Below are positions 1 through 11,340 of a stretch of 64,000 bases of DNA, piece by piece. Each line of letters begins with the position of its first letter. Within the stretch, counting starts at the first letter, position 1. The notes under the pieces were generated by a model that did no database searches, was not told the origin of the DNA, and saw nothing but the letters and a program-made list of their open reading frames with translations. The position numbers and the translations under genes are program-made. Source of the DNA: an uncultured Faecalicatena sp. (GTDB taxonomy: Bacteria; Bacillota; Clostridia; Lachnospirales; Lachnospiraceae); assembly GCA_902489075.1 (NCBI GenBank), contig CABTYO010000008.1, positions 10,900 to 74,899 on the forward strand, in the 5' to 3' direction.

Positions 1-194
1 AACTTTTTCACGATCTTTAATCGTTTCTCCAGCCAGTTTACCAGCGGCGTGGCGATGGCGGATATGATCCAGCCGATCACAAACGGCATCAGGAACCCAA
101 TTGCTTTGAGCCCGACGATGATAAATGCCGCTGTTGCCAGCAGACTGAAGATAAGGCTTACAGCAACCTGCCAGTAAGGCCTTTTTTTCTGCAT
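1..194 (-). CDS. ytvI: Sporulation integral membrane protein YtvI (AI-2E family), 5' part only; runs off the window
   Basis: ATG at 194 with GAGGTGG RBS; hand translation MQKKRPYWQVAVSLIFSLLATAAFIIVGLKAIGFLMPFVIGWIISAIATPLVNWLEKRLKI is hydrophobic with the PF..G......P.V.WLEK pattern. Confidence 0.75.
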   Translation of the reverse strand, partial: MQKKRPYWQVAVSLIFSLLATAAFIIVGLKAIGFLMPFVIGWIISAIATPLVNWLEKRLKIVKK

Positions 195-195
195 A

Positions 196-798
196 CTATT
201 CCACCTCTTGTCTGTCCAAATACTCCGTTTCTACCAGTTCCCAAATCTCATCCCTGCCCTGTTTCGTAGTAGAGGAAAATGGGATGATCTTCGTTCCCGG
301 CACCAGATCCAGGCCTTCTTTGACCATTTTCACATGCTTCTGCACCTGGCTTCTCTTTAGTTTGTCCAGCTTTGTGGCAATTATGATCGGGGCAAATCCC
401 TGGTCCACAATCCAGCGGTACATCATCCTGTCATTTGCCGACGGCTCATGACGGATGTCGATCAGAAGAAACACCGCGCGCAGCTGGCTGGAGCCGTGCA
501 GATATCTCTCGATCAGTTTTCCCCACTGTGCCTTCTCTTTTTCTGAAACCTTTGCATATCCATACCCCGGAAGATCCACAAGGTACATCTCTTCATTAAT
601 GTTGTAAAAATTGATCGTCTGGGTCTTGCCCGGAGTCGCGGAAATCCTGGCGTAGGATTTCCGGTTCATCAGTGCATTGATCAGAGAAGATTTCCCGACA
701 TTGGATTTCCCCGCAAATGCGATCTCCGGCTTGTCATTCTCCGGCAGCACACTTGTGATTCCGCAGACTGTCTCTAAGTTCACGTTTTTGATTACCAT
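196..798 (-). CDS. engB: Ribosome biogenesis GTPase YihA/YsxC/EngB
   Basis: GKSNVGKS, PGKT, DLPGYG and TKLD motifs; directly downstream of lon. Confidence 0.97.
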   Translation of the reverse strand: MVIKNVNLETVCGITSVLPENDKPEIAFAGKSNVGKSSLINALMNRKSYARISATPGKTQTINFYNINEEMYLVDLPGYGYAKVSEKEKAQWGKLIERYLHGSSQLRAVFLLIDIRHEPSANDRMMYRWIVDQGFAPIIIATKLDKLKRSQVQKHVKMVKEGLDLVPGTKIIPFSSTTKQGRDEIWELVETEYLDRQEVE

Positions 799-856
799 AA
801 AATTCTCCTGTCTTTTACACTACAATGCACATCCCATAACTGCCGGTATGTGCTCA

Positions 857-3181
857 CTATTCTTCTTTCGTCAGTGCTGCCTCTAATACTTCATTCATAT
901 GTTCCACCGGCAGGATCTCAAGCCCTTTAGTGATTTCTGTGGAAAGTTCCTCCACATCCACCATATTTTCCTTCGGCACAAGCACCGTCTTGATTCCTGC
1001 ATTCTTAGCCGCAAGCAGCTTTTCTTTCAGGCCGCCGATCGGGAGCACTCTTCCCCGCAGGGTCACCTCTCCTGTCATCGCCAGGTCCGCACGCACTTTG
1101 CGTCCGGTGATTGCGGAAATCATAGCCGTTGCCATGGTAATACCAGCGGACGGACCGTCTTTTGGAACCGCACCTTCCGGTATATGCACGTGGATGTCGT
1201 GTTTCTCGAAGAAATCCTCAGCGATCTGATACTCTCCACTGACAGACCGGATATAGCTGATCCCTGTCCGGGCAGATTCCTTCATCACATCTCCCAGCTG
1301 TCCGGTCAGCATGATATCGCCGCTTCCCGGCATCACATTGACTTCGATCTGCAGCGTATCTCCGCCCACGCTTGTCCATGCAAGTCCACGTACAATACCG
1401 ATTTCATCTGCTGCGTTGACCATCTGATACGAATATTTTTCCTTGCCCAGATACTTATGAATGTTCTTCTCTGTGACGGAAATAGATCTCTTATCCGTTG
1501 TCAGAATTTCCTTTGCCGCTTTTCTGCAGATATTGCCGATCTCACGCTCCAGTTGTCTGACTCCGGCTTCCTTTGTATAATTGCGTGCCATCTTCCAGAT
1601 TGCATGCTTGCTGAATGTCAGCTGCTCCGCTTTCAGGCCGTGCTTTTCAAGCTGCTTCGGAATCAGGTGTTCCATGGCAATATGAAGCTTCTCATTCTCC
1701 GTGTAGCTGCTGACCTCGATGACTTCCATACGGTCAAGGAGCGGCCTCGGAATAGTCTGAAGTGTATTTGCCGTTGTGATAAACAGAACCTCTGACAGAT
1801 CCAGCGGCACTTCCAGATAATGGTCTCTGAATTTGCTGTTCTGCTCGCTGTCCAGCACTTCCAGAAGTGCGGAGAAGGTATCTCCCTTGTAATCGGTGCT
1901 TACCTTATCGATCTCGTCCAGCAGCATGACCGGGTTCTTTGCCCCTGCCGCCTTGATGGCGTTGGCAATTCTTCCCGGCATTGCCCCCACATAGGTCTTC
2001 CTGTGTCCGCGGATCTCTGCTTCATCCCGCACACCGCCCAGGGAAATCCTCACATACGGCTTCTTTAATGCCTTTGCAAGAGACTTTGCAATGGAAGTCT
2101 TACCGGTTCCCGGAGGCCCCACAAGACACAGAATCGGACTTTCCCCCTTCTTTGTCAGGGAACGTACCGCCAGGAATTCCAGGACTCTCTCCTTTACCTG
2201 TTCCAGTCCATAGTGGTCTTCGTCCAGTACCTTCTGTGCAAATTCCAGATTATTGCTGTCCTTCACACCTTTATTCCAGGGCATCTCCAGAAGCGTCTCG
2301 ATGTACGTCCTGATCACGCCGCTCTCCGCCGGACTGTTCAGCGAACTCTTGAAGCGGTTGATCTCCTTTTCCAGCTTTTCCTTCACTTCCTTAGGCGCTT
2401 TCAGGGCCTTTGCCGCCTTCTCGAATTCCTCGGCATCAGAAATCGTTGTATCCTCACCCAGTTCTTCACGGATTAGTTTTAACTGTTCTCTTAAAATGTA
2501 TTCCCTCTGATGCTTGTCGACTCTTTCTTTGACCTTTGACTGGATCTCTTCTTTGATATCCATGATCTGCACTTCATTGACCAGCTTAAAAGCCAGTGCT
2601 TCATATCTTTTCCAGAAATCCGTCTCATTTAAAATTTCCTGCAGATCTGTATAATATAACGGCGTATTGGCTGCAATCTCGTCTACCAGCTTTTTCAGGC
2701 CCTGGATCTCCAGGATCTGTGCCACTGCCTCTTTGGACATCTTCCCGTTCTTGGCAGCAAAATCCACGAACATATCTTTCAGCCCGCGCTCCATCGCCTG
2801 ACCGTTCAGGTCTTCCGGGATCGTGATATCGGAATCGTCGATGACCTCGACCTGGGCGCGCAGATAAGGATCTTCGTATTCGATACTGGAGAGCACGCCT
2901 CTTGTCTCACCTGCCACAAGGACCCTGACGATGTGCTTCGGCAGCTTGATGATCTGCTTGATCGTCCCCACGGTCCCTACTTCGAACAGTTCCTCCTGCT
3001 TCGGGTTCTCTGTCTCTATCTCTCTTTGTGTTACCATAAAAATCTTCTGGTCTTCTACCATAGCCTCCTGGATGGCTGCGATCGAACGCTGGCGGCTCAC
3101 ATCAAAGTGTACCACCATCTCCGGCATAATTGTCATGCCCCGCAGCGCGACCATCGGAAGGCTTCTCATCTCACTATTCAT
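857..3181 (-). CDS. lon: ATP-dependent Lon protease
   Basis: LON N-domain, GPPGTGKT Walker A, LLDEIDK, PKDGPSAG catalytic Ser. Confidence 0.98.
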   Translation of the reverse strand: MNSEMRSLPMVALRGMTIMPEMVVHFDVSRQRSIAAIQEAMVEDQKIFMVTQREIETENPKQEELFEVGTVGTIKQIIKLPKHIVRVLVAGETRGVLSSIEYEDPYLRAQVEVIDDSDITIPEDLNGQAMERGLKDMFVDFAAKNGKMSKEAVAQILEIQGLKKLVDEIAANTPLYYTDLQEILNETDFWKRYEALAFKLVNEVQIMDIKEEIQSKVKERVDKHQREYILREQLKLIREELGEDTTISDAEEFEKAAKALKAPKEVKEKLEKEINRFKSSLNSPAESGVIRTYIETLLEMPWNKGVKDSNNLEFAQKVLDEDHYGLEQVKERVLEFLAVRSLTKKGESPILCLVGPPGTGKTSIAKSLAKALKKPYVRISLGGVRDEAEIRGHRKTYVGAMPGRIANAIKAAGAKNPVMLLDEIDKVSTDYKGDTFSALLEVLDSEQNSKFRDHYLEVPLDLSEVLFITTANTLQTIPRPLLDRMEVIEVSSYTENEKLHIAMEHLIPKQLEKHGLKAEQLTFSKHAIWKMARNYTKEAGVRQLEREIGNICRKAAKEILTTDKRSISVTEKNIHKYLGKEKYSYQMVNAADEIGIVRGLAWTSVGGDTLQIEVNVMPGSGDIMLTGQLGDVMKESARTGISYIRSVSGEYQIAEDFFEKHDIHVHIPEGAVPKDGPSAGITMATAMISAITGRKVRADLAMTGEVTLRGRVLPIGGLKEKLLAAKNAGIKTVLVPKENMVDVEELSTEITKGLEILPVEHMNEVLEAALTKEE

Positions 3182-3291
3182 CTCGTCTCCTCCTGGTTAC
3201 TGTCATTCATAGAATTACGCTTTTCATAATTCCAGGACAGGTATGCTAAAAGGGCGGATACATGGTTATTCCATTGCACCCGCCCGAATCT

Positions 3292-4563
3292 TTACGCGCT
3301 TTCTGAGTTCAGGAACGATCTTCGTTCTTCCCCATCGCATTCATACAATGGCCTTCCCGTTCCCTTTACCACATCTTTTGTTATCCGGCATCCTTTGATC
3401 GTATCATCTGACGGCACCTTAAACATCGTATCCATCATGATATTCTCCATGATCGCCCGAAGCCCTCTGGCTCCGGTCTTTCTGGCAAGAGATGTCTCTG
3501 CAATCGCATACAGGGCATCCTTATCGAATTCCAGTCTTACCCCGTCTAATTCCAGAAGCTTCTGATACTGCTTCACGATCGCGCTCTTCGGCTCTGTCAG
3601 AATCCTGATCAAAGCCTCCTCATCCAGCATATCCAGTGAAACAGTCACCGGCAGACGCCCGACAAGCTCCGGGATCAGACCGAACTTGACCAGATCCTGA
3701 GGCAGCACCTGATGGAGCAGCACGTCAACGTCATATTCATGCTTGGAAGCGATCTCCGCGTTGAATCCAATCGACTTCTTATCAAGACGGGTCTCGATCA
3801 GCTTCTCGATTCCCTCAAAAGCCCCGCCGCAGATAAACAGGATATTCGTCGTGTCGATCTGGATCAGCTCCTGATGCGGATGCTTTCTGCCGCCCTGGGG
3901 CGGAACAGAAGCAACGGTTCCCTCGATAATCTTAAGGAGAGCCTGCTGTACACCTTCCCCGGAAACATCACGGGTAATGGATGGGTTCTCTGATTTTCTC
4001 GTAATCTTATCAATCTCATCTATATAAATGATGCCATGCTCCGCACGTTCGATGTCTCCGTCGGCAGCCTGGATCACCTTTAACAGGATGTTCTCTACAT
4101 CCTCGCCAACATAACCTGCCTCCGTCAGTGCGGTCGCATCCGCGATGGCAAACGGCACGTTGAGGATCTTGGCCAGTGTCTGGGCAAGCAGCGTCTTACC
4201 ACAGCCAGTCGGTCCTAACATCAATATATTACTCTTCTGCAGTTCGACCCCTAAGTCCTGTTCTGCCATAATCCGCTTGTAATGATTATATACAGCAACG
4301 GAAAGCACCTTCTTGGCTTCATCCTGTCCGATGACATACTCATCAAGGAATGCCTTTAACTCTTCCGGTGTCAGAAGATTGATGTCATCAAATGCTCTTC
4401 TTTCGTCATATTCAAATTCTTCCTCAATAATCTCCGCACAGACATCGATACACTCATCACAGATATATGCACCGTTCGGCCCTGCAATCAGCTTGCGCAC
4501 CTGTGCCTGAGTCTTATTACAGAAAGAACATCTTACTGTATCATCACTTACTTTTCCTGCCAT
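3292..4563 (-). CDS. clpX: Clp protease ATP-binding subunit ClpX
   Basis: CSFC..CDEC zinc finger, [25 protein letters not shown] loop; ATG 4563 follows GAGGTG RBS. Confidence 0.98.
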   Translation of the reverse strand: MAGKVSDDTVRCSFCNKTQAQVRKLIAGPNGAYICDECIDVCAEIIEEEFEYDERRAFDDINLLTPEELKAFLDEYVIGQDEAKKVLSVAVYNHYKRIMAEQDLGVELQKSNILMLGPTGCGKTLLAQTLAKILNVPFAIADATALTEAGYVGEDVENILLKVIQAADGDIERAEHGIIYIDEIDKITRKSENPSITRDVSGEGVQQALLKIIEGTVASVPPQGGRKHPHQELIQIDTTNILFICGGAFEGIEKLIETRLDKKSIGFNAEIASKHEYDVDVLLHQVLPQDLVKFGLIPELVGRLPVTVSLDMLDEEALIRILTEPKSAIVKQYQKLLELDGVRLEFDKDALYAIAETSLARKTGARGLRAIMENIMMDTMFKVPSDDTIKGCRITKDVVKGTGRPLYECDGEERRSFLNSESA

Positions 4564-4587
4564 ATTACTTTTCACCTCATATTGCCA

Positions 4588-5169
4588 TTAGTGCCTGGCA
4601 AGTATTTCATCAATTAATCCATATTCCTTAGCTTCCTGGGCTGACATGAAGTTATCACGCTCCGTATCCGCCTGAATCACTTCCAGCGGCTGTCCGGTAT
4701 TGGCTGCCAGGATCTCGTTCAGCTTCTGGCGTGTCTTTAAGATATGTTCTGCCACAATCTTAATCTCTGTCGCCTGACCCTGTGCACCGCCTGACGGCTG
4801 GTGGATCATGATCTCTGCATTCGGAAGTGCAAAACGCTTGCCCTTTGCACCGCCTGAGAGAAGGAATGCACCCATGCTTGCAGCCATGCCCACACATACG
4901 GTAGACACGTCACACTTGATATACTGCATGGTATCGTAGATTCCCATCCCTGCAGTCACAGAACCGCCCGGGCTGTTGATATATAACTGGATGTCCTTAT
5001 CCGGATCATCCGCTTCCAGGAAAAGAAGCTGTGCGATGACCACACTTGCTGATACATCATTCACTTCTTCCCCAAGGAAAATAATTCTTTCTTTTAATAA
5101 TCTTGAATAAATGTCGTAGGAGCGTTCTCCACGGCTCGTCTGTTCAATGACGTAAGGTACTAAACTCAT
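4588..5169 (-). CDS. clpP: Clp protease proteolytic subunit ClpP
   Basis: [30 protein letters not shown]. Confidence 0.98.
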   Translation of the reverse strand: MSLVPYVIEQTSRGERSYDIYSRLLKERIIFLGEEVNDVSASVVIAQLLFLEADDPDKDIQLYINSPGGSVTAGMGIYDTMQYIKCDVSTVCVGMAASMGAFLLSGGAKGKRFALPNAEIMIHQPSGGAQGQATEIKIVAEHILKTRQKLNEILAANTGQPLEVIQADTERDNFMSAQEAKEYGLIDEILARH

Positions 5170-5317
5170 CGATGTCCCTCCTGATTATGTTTTTTTAATC
5201 CACACTCGGTAATTTTGACTTTGTTGAATCCAGTCTGTCATGCAAAATGACAGTCTCACCGGGCAGCCTCCCTCAATTCACTTCCTGCAAAACCCTCATC
5301 TGAATCAGCAGCTGATC

Positions 5318-6604
5318 TTATTCCTCGACTGCTGCATCAGCAAGCAGAGTAACAGCTTCCTGAACTGCGATGTCTTCCTTCATCTGGTTCTTCTCATTCT
5401 CACCCATGAATTCTTTGAGCTTGTCAACTTCCATCTGATAAGCTTCTGCCATCTTCTGGAGTTCTTCATCCAGACGCTCGTCTGATACTTCGATATTCTC
5501 AGCCTTCACAACAGCTTCGAGCACAAGTCTTGTCTTGATGCGCTTCTCAGCCTGTGGCTTTAACTCTTCCATCATCTTCTCTTCTGTCATTCCTGTGAAC
5601 TGGAAGTACTGCTCTACAGAGAGTCCCTGCTGCTGGATGCGGCGTGCAAAATCATCTGCCATCTGTCTTACCTGCATATCGATCATTGCTTCCGGAATAT
5701 CCATTGTTGCATTCTCGATTGCTTTGTCTACAGCCTGGTTCTCTTTCTTTTCTTTTCCTTCACGCTCTTTGCGCTCTTTGATGTTCTTCTTTACTTCTGC
5801 CTTGTAGTCTTCCAGTGTCTCGCACTCGGATACTTCTGATGCAAATTCATCATCTAATTCAGGCAGCTCTTTTGCCTTGATGGAATGTACGGTACATTTG
5901 AAGACAGCTTCTTTTCCAGCCAGTTCTTTTGCCTGGTATTCCTCTGGGAATGTCACTTTAACTTCTACTTCTTTGTCGATCTCAGCGCCGATTAACTGCT
6001 CCTCGAATCCAGGGATAAATGCGCCTGAACCGATGGTCAGCGGATAGTCTTCGCCCTTTCCGCCTTCGAATGCTTCTCCGTCTACGAATCCTTCAAAGTC
6101 CAGTGTTACCTGGTCCTTATCCTGAACTGCACGGTCTGTCACATCAACTGTTCTTGCATTGCGCTCGCGCTCTTTCTCGATCTCTTCGTCAACTTCTTTT
6201 GCTGTCACTCTTGTAGATACTTTATCTACTGTCAGTCCTTTATATTCGCCAAGAGTTACTTCCGGCTTTACAGCTACTTCTGCTGTGAAAATGAAAGACT
6301 TGCCCTTCTCTAACTGAACAACGTCGATCTGCGGCTGGGAAACCAGTTCCAGTTCACACTCATCATATGCTTTTGAGTAAGCTTCCGGGATCATCTTGTT
6401 GGCTGCTTCATCATAGAACACTTCCGGTCCGTACATCTTCTCGATCATCTGTCTCGGAACTTTTCCTTTACGGAAACCAGGCATGTTAATCTGCTTGCGC
6501 TGCTTTAAGTATGCTGCCTGGAGTGCTTTCTCCACATCTTCTGCCGGAACTTCGATTGTCAGTCTGGCCATGTTATGTTCTAACTTTTCTACCTGTAAAC
6601 TCAT
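5318..6604 (-). CDS. tig: Trigger factor
   Basis: GFRKGKVP ribosome-binding motif, FKBP domain (FIPGFEEQL); ATG 6604 follows AAGGAGG. Confidence 0.97.
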   Translation of the reverse strand: MSLQVEKLEHNMARLTIEVPAEDVEKALQAAYLKQRKQINMPGFRKGKVPRQMIEKMYGPEVFYDEAANKMIPEAYSKAYDECELELVSQPQIDVVQLEKGKSFIFTAEVAVKPEVTLGEYKGLTVDKVSTRVTAKEVDEEIEKERERNARTVDVTDRAVQDKDQVTLDFEGFVDGEAFEGGKGEDYPLTIGSGAFIPGFEEQLIGAEIDKEVEVKVTFPEEYQAKELAGKEAVFKCTVHSIKAKELPELDDEFASEVSECETLEDYKAEVKKNIKERKEREGKEKKENQAVDKAIENATMDIPEAMIDMQVRQMADDFARRIQQQGLSVEQYFQFTGMTEEKMMEELKPQAEKRIKTRLVLEAVVKAENIEVSDERLDEELQKMAEAYQMEVDKLKEFMGENEKNQMKEDIAVQEAVTLLADAAVEE

Positions 6605-6925
6605 TTTTATTTTCCTCCTTGATTCGTACCATTCAAACGCTGATTTGTATCTTCCAGAAATCTCATCTGAAAATATACCTTCGCAGTCATTGAAACAGTA
6701 TAGCACATAAGACCGCAAATTTCCAGTACTTTTTCCCGGTTCTTAGGCTTTTTCTGGGCTGTTTTCCGATTTTTATCCCGTTTCAGACTCATTTTCCTCA
6801 CTTTTTATGGATGAAACTGCTTTTTCGTCTCTCTTTCTCCCAAAAATACGGTGCAGACCACTGTATCCTGACAGTTTTTCATCTGCACCGCAATGACGGA
6901 TCTCTTCTTTATTAATGTATCAGCA

Positions 6926-7477
6926 TCAGCACTGATATACGATCGCATTCTTCACATTCTCTGCGGTCTCTTCATCAATCAGCAGAGAGATCAGCTTAAG
7001 CCCCAGTGGAATCGCTGCCCCCAGGCCGCGTCCTGTGATGATATTCTCGTCCATTACAACCGGATCTTTCAGAACCTCTGCCCCCGTCAGCATATCCTCC
7101 CTGCAGGGATGGGAACATGCCCTGCGTCCTTCAAGGAATCCGAACTTTCCAAACACACTCGGTGCGGCACAGATTGCTGCAAGATATCTACCCTGTGCAT
7201 AAAATTCTCTCAGAAGCTTCTCCAGTCCGGCGTGGGCCATGAGATTGTCCGTCCCCGGCAGTCCGCCCGGAAGCATCAGAAGATCCACATCTGCATAATC
7301 CATCTCCTCAAACAGACAGTCCGCATCTACGGCAATATTATGGCTTCCCACCACTTTCTTCTCTCCACTTACTGATACCATGTATGTCTCCACGCCTGCC
7401 CGCCTCAGCAGATCAACGATCATCAGACCTTCCACCTCTTCAAACCCTGCTGCCAGAAAAACACATGCTTTTTTCAT
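6926..7477 (-). CDS. DJ-1/PfpI (ThiJ/YajL) family protein
   Basis: GFEEVE, LPGG, AICAAP nucleophile elbow. Confidence 0.93.
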   Translation of the reverse strand: MKKACVFLAAGFEEVEGLMIVDLLRRAGVETYMVSVSGEKKVVGSHNIAVDADCLFEEMDYADVDLLMLPGGLPGTDNLMAHAGLEKLLREFYAQGRYLAAICAAPSVFGKFGFLEGRRACSHPCREDMLTGAEVLKDPVVMDENIITGRGLGAAIPLGLKLISLLIDEETAENVKNAIVYQC

Positions 7478-7679
7478 GATTCAAAACCTCCTTCTAATCT
7501 CAAAAAATACGCGGCTTCTCTGTACACAGTGTAGCAGGTTACCACTTAAAAATCAATAAATTCGCAGGAATCCTAAGATACTCCGTTTACTTTTTCAGGG
7601 TACCGTATTATGATAAACATGAACTGCTGGACTATTTTATTGATCATTTCCACAAATAGAATCAGGAAAGGAGATATAC

Positions 7680-8129
7680 ATGGAAATTGAACGTAAATAT
7701 TTGATTGATACAAAAGACCTTCCGCTGGATCCCCACAGTTATCCGTGCCGTCATATTGAGCAGGGATATCTGTGCACAGATCCTGTTGTCAGAATCCGGA
7801 GGGATAACGATGAATATTTTCTGACATATAAATCAAAAGGGCAGATGGTCCGTGAGGAATATAATCTTCCACTTACTGCCACAGCTTATGAACATTTAAA
7901 GACCAAGACCGACGGAAGGCTGATCGTAAAGGACCGGTATATGATCCCGCTGGAGGGTGAGCTTACAATTGAACTTGATTTCTTCGGCGGTGACCTTTCT
8001 CCTCTTGTCCTTGCAGAGGTTGAGTTTCCGGATGAAAAGGCTGCCAATTCTTTTGAGCCTCCATCCTGGTTTGGTGAAGATGTCACATTTTCTTCCCAAT
8101 ACCATAACAGCAGTCTGAGCAGAGCGTAA
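7680..8129 (+). CDS. CYTH domain protein
   Basis: N-terminal EIERKY, IEQGYL, LAEVEF. Confidence 0.9.
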   Translation: MEIERKYLIDTKDLPLDPHSYPCRHIEQGYLCTDPVVRIRRDNDEYFLTYKSKGQMVREEYNLPLTATAYEHLKTKTDGRLIVKDRYMIPLEGELTIELDFFGGDLSPLVLAEVEFPDEKAANSFEPPSWFGEDVTFSSQYHNSSLSRA

Positions 8130-8251
8130 TGCTTCAATTTGAAGCATTTTAGGTATTTTCTACGTTGTGTCTCATATAATATCCATTTCATGGGAATCGT
8201 TATATAATCTACATCACACAGATTTAAATTCCCTGGAATGGAGGTGTTGCT

Positions 8252-8659
8252 TTGGCTAATATACAGCTTATGAGGAATATGAAGATACTCAGATTAAAGT
8301 CTGGCTTTACACAGAAAGCCATTGCAAGTCTATTTAATATTTCCAGACAGGCCTACTCCAATTATGAAACTGGAAAACGTGAACCCGATCTAAACTTCAT
8401 TATCCGGTTTGCGAGATATTATGATCTCACATTGGAACAGTTAATTCTTCAGACAGTCTCGCCGAGTGATAATTTCATCAGAGAACAAAAAGGACCTTAT
8501 ATTTCTGCCGTTGAGGATATTTCTTCCGATACGATTCAGCTTTCTACGCGTGAGGTGGAACTGATTATGAAATACCGCACGACAAGCGATGATAACAGGC
8601 GGATCGTGGACAGCCTGCTCCGTGTAGGAGAGAAGGCGGAAGTGAAGAAAGACACGTAA
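8252..8659 (+). CDS. XRE-family HTH transcriptional regulator
   Basis: TQKAIA..ISRQAYSNYETGKREP HTH; GGAGGTG RBS before TTG. Confidence 0.88.
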   Translation: MANIQLMRNMKILRLKSGFTQKAIASLFNISRQAYSNYETGKREPDLNFIIRFARYYDLTLEQLILQTVSPSDNFIREQKGPYISAVEDISSDTIQLSTREVELIMKYRTTSDDNRRIVDSLLRVGEKAEVKKDT

Positions 8660-8725
8660 GTAAGCGGTACCGCAATGCACTCTGATATAAAATTTTCCAA
8701 GTACGCTAAATACTTTTATATGCAG

Positions 8726-8768
8726 TCAGGCAGGGAATTCGAATATACTTTACGAATTCCCTGCCTGA
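8726..8768. terminator. Hairpin between convergent xre and lysC
   Basis: tcaggcagggaattcg / cgaattccctgcctga inverted repeat. Confidence 0.65.
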
Positions 8769-8831
8769 TTCTTTATAAACAGTTTCCATTATAAACAGCT
8801 TCCATCAAAAATGAAAAAATGGCTTCACCCG

Positions 8832-10040
8832 TTAATCTGCCAGCCCAAACCCGTCATGGACTGCAATCATGGCTCTCTCCACGTCTTTTTCATCGATCAG
8901 CACTGTGATACGCACCTCTGATGTCGCGATCATATTGATATTCACTCCTGCATTGAACAGTGCCTCGAACATCTTGGCTGCGACACCCGGATTGCTCATC
9001 ATGCCTGCACCAACGATGGATATCTTGGCAACCGTATCTTTATGGTTGATCTCTTTGATGGTCAGTGCCTCTTTATTCTCCTCAAGGACCTCCAGTGTAT
9101 ACTTCAAATCATCCTGTGCAACGGTAAAGGAGATATCCTTTGTGCCCTCGCGTCCGACAGACTGGAGGATGATATCCACGTTGATTCCTTTCTTTGCCAG
9201 CGTGTTGAAAATCTTGAAAGCCACGCCCGGCTTGTCGTCCACACCGATCACGGAAATGCGTGATGTATTCTTATCGGAAGCGACTCCGCTGATTAACATT
9301 TTTTCCAATTTTACTACCTCCTTGACTACCGTTCCTTCTTCTCTGTTCAGACTGGAACGTACGACCAGCTGTACTCCGTATTTCTTTGCCATCTCCACGG
9401 AGCGGTTATGCAGGACTCTTGCACCGAGTGATGCCAGCTCCAGCATCTCATCGTAGCTGATGGCATCCAGTTTTCTTGCGTTCGGCACGATTCTCGGGTC
9501 TGCAGTGTAGACACCGTCCACATCCGTATAGATCTCGCAGGCATCTGCGTGGAGTGCGGCGGCAATCGCAACTGCCGTTGTATCGGAACCGCCTCTGCCC
9601 AGTGTTGCATAGTCGTCGTATTTGTTGATTCCCTGAAATCCGGTCACAACTACGATCTTCTTATAATCCAGTTCATGGCGGATCCGCTCTGCATCGACTC
9701 TTTTAAAACGGGCGTTGCCGTAAGTAGATGTGCAGTGCATGGCAACCTGAAATGCATTGAGTGATACCGCAGGCACCCCCAGTGAATTAATCGCCATTGC
9801 CATCAGGGATACGGATACCTGCTCACCTGTTGTCAGAAGCATATCCATCTCCCGTTTGGACGGATTCGGTGTAATTGTTTTCGCTTTGTCGATCAGCTCA
9901 TCTGTTGTATCTCCCATTGCCGACAACACAACAATGACGTCATTTCCTTTTCTGTAATCTTCGATACAACGCTCTGCCACCCGGAAAATACATTCCTTGT
10001 CGGCAACGGAGCTGCCTCCAAACTTTTTCACTATCAGCAT
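8832..10040 (-). CDS. lysC: Aspartate kinase
   Basis: KFGGSSV, LGRGGSDTTA, YTDVDGVYTADP, C-terminal ACT domains. Confidence 0.97.
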   Translation of the reverse strand: MLIVKKFGGSSVADKECIFRVAERCIEDYRKGNDVIVVLSAMGDTTDELIDKAKTITPNPSKREMDMLLTTGEQVSVSLMAMAINSLGVPAVSLNAFQVAMHCTSTYGNARFKRVDAERIRHELDYKKIVVVTGFQGINKYDDYATLGRGGSDTTAVAIAAALHADACEIYTDVDGVYTADPRIVPNARKLDAISYDEMLELASLGARVLHNRSVEMAKKYGVQLVVRSSLNREEGTVVKEVVKLEKMLISGVASDKNTSRISVIGVDDKPGVAFKIFNTLAKKGINVDIILQSVGREGTKDISFTVAQDDLKYTLEVLEENKEALTIKEINHKDTVAKISIVGAGMMSNPGVAAKMFEALFNAGVNINMIATSEVRITVLIDEKDVERAMIAVHDGFGLAD

Positions 10041-11251
10041 GTTGTCCTCCTGTTCTCAAAGAGATGGTCGATCAGCGTGTATCCCTCTTCCACCCGGATT
10101 CCGGTCGAAGAAGCACTTTTCTCATCGTATGTCTCCATTCCGTTTTCAGCCTTCCTGCTGTCGTAAAGCATATATGGTACCGGATCGCCTGTATGTGTCC
10201 TGACACGAATCGGCGTCGGATGATCCGGCAGTACCAGCATACGGAAATCTTCTGATGCGGCTTTTAACTGCTCAGCCACCGGCCCTATAATGTAGAAGTC
10301 AATATTTTCGATTGATTTTACTTTATTCTGAACATTTCCCTGATGCCCCATCTCGTCCGGAGCTTCTATATGTATATAGGCAAAATCACAGCCCTCTTTT
10401 GTCAGTGCATCCACCGCTGCCTGTGCCTTTCCTGCATAATTGGTGTGAAGTCCGCCATTTGCGCCTTCCACATGGATGTTCTGCATTCCCGCGCCGACTG
10501 CAATTCCTTTGAGCAGATCCACTGCTGAGATCATGGCGCCCTTCTTCTGATTCTTCTCTTCAAATGAAGTCAATGCCGGTCTGGTCCCTGCGCCCCAGAA
10601 CCAGGCGGAATTCGCCGGATTCAGGCCTTTTTTCTTCCGCTCCAGGTTCAGTGGGTGATTTGAAAGGATCTCATAACTTTTCTCCATCATCTCACGTAAG
10701 ACCTGATCCTCTGGCAGATAGTCTCCTATCCGCTTCGTCAGAATATCATGGGGAGCCGTCAGCTCGACCGTCTCACCATTTTTCCAGATCAGCAGATGGC
10801 GGTAGCTCGTTCCCACGTAGAATTCGTAGCCTTCTCGCTTTAAGCCTTCCTTTAATGCCCCCACAAGGACTGCTGCATCCTCTGTGCTGATCTCATCGGA
10901 ACTGTGATCGATAATGACCCGGTCCTCATAATTCTCCTGCTCCTCTGTCAGCGTCACAATGTTGCAGCGAAAGGAAACATCCGCCGGCTCCATATCCACA
11001 CCGATACTGAGAGCTTCCAGGGGAGATCTTCCTGTATAATACTTACGCGGATCATACCCGATCACGGACAGATTCGCCGTGTCGCTCCCCGGTGACATCC
11101 CCTCCGGGACAGTCCTCACCATGCCAAGCTCGGATTCTTTTGCCAGGCGGTCCATATTCGGTGTTGCTGCTGCCTCAAGCGGCGTCCTGCCGCCCAGTTC
11201 TTCAATTGGCTCATCTGCCATACCGTCACATAATACGATTACATACTTCAT
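10034..11251 (-). CDS. apgM: ApgM-like cofactor-independent phosphoglycerate mutase family protein
   Basis: DGMAD, TPLE.A.TPN.D, PGSD.AN, HIEAPDEMGH, PDHPTP alkaline-phosphatase-superfamily motifs. Confidence 0.9.
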   Translation of the reverse strand: MKYVIVLCDGMADEPIEELGGRTPLEAAATPNMDRLAKESELGMVRTVPEGMSPGSDTANLSVIGYDPRKYYTGRSPLEALSIGVDMEPADVSFRCNIVTLTEEQENYEDRVIIDHSSDEISTEDAAVLVGALKEGLKREGYEFYVGTSYRHLLIWKNGETVELTAPHDILTKRIGDYLPEDQVLREMMEKSYEILSNHPLNLERKKKGLNPANSAWFWGAGTRPALTSFEEKNQKKGAMISAVDLLKGIAVGAGMQNIHVEGANGGLHTNYAGKAQAAVDALTKEGCDFAYIHIEAPDEMGHQGNVQNKVKSIENIDFYIIGPVAEQLKAASEDFRMLVLPDHPTPIRVRTHTGDPVPYMLYDSRKAENGMETYDEKSASSTGIRVEEGYTLIDHLFENRRTTC

Positions 11252-11340
11252 ATTTTCTTCAACCCTCTTTTTGCCTCACCATGCAGCATTTCACTGCACG
11301 CTCCCATCCATTCCTCAATTTTCCTGGATTTTATCTTAAG

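Noticed and set aside
899..1795. Long antisense ORFs (also 11092-11934, 17526-18464, 39070-40032)
   Set aside because: Shadow frames of well-conserved genes on the opposite strand.
8773..8805. 16-bp direct repeat (ataaacagYttcca) next to the xre/lysC terminator
   Set aside because: Only two copies between gene ends; probably a local duplication.
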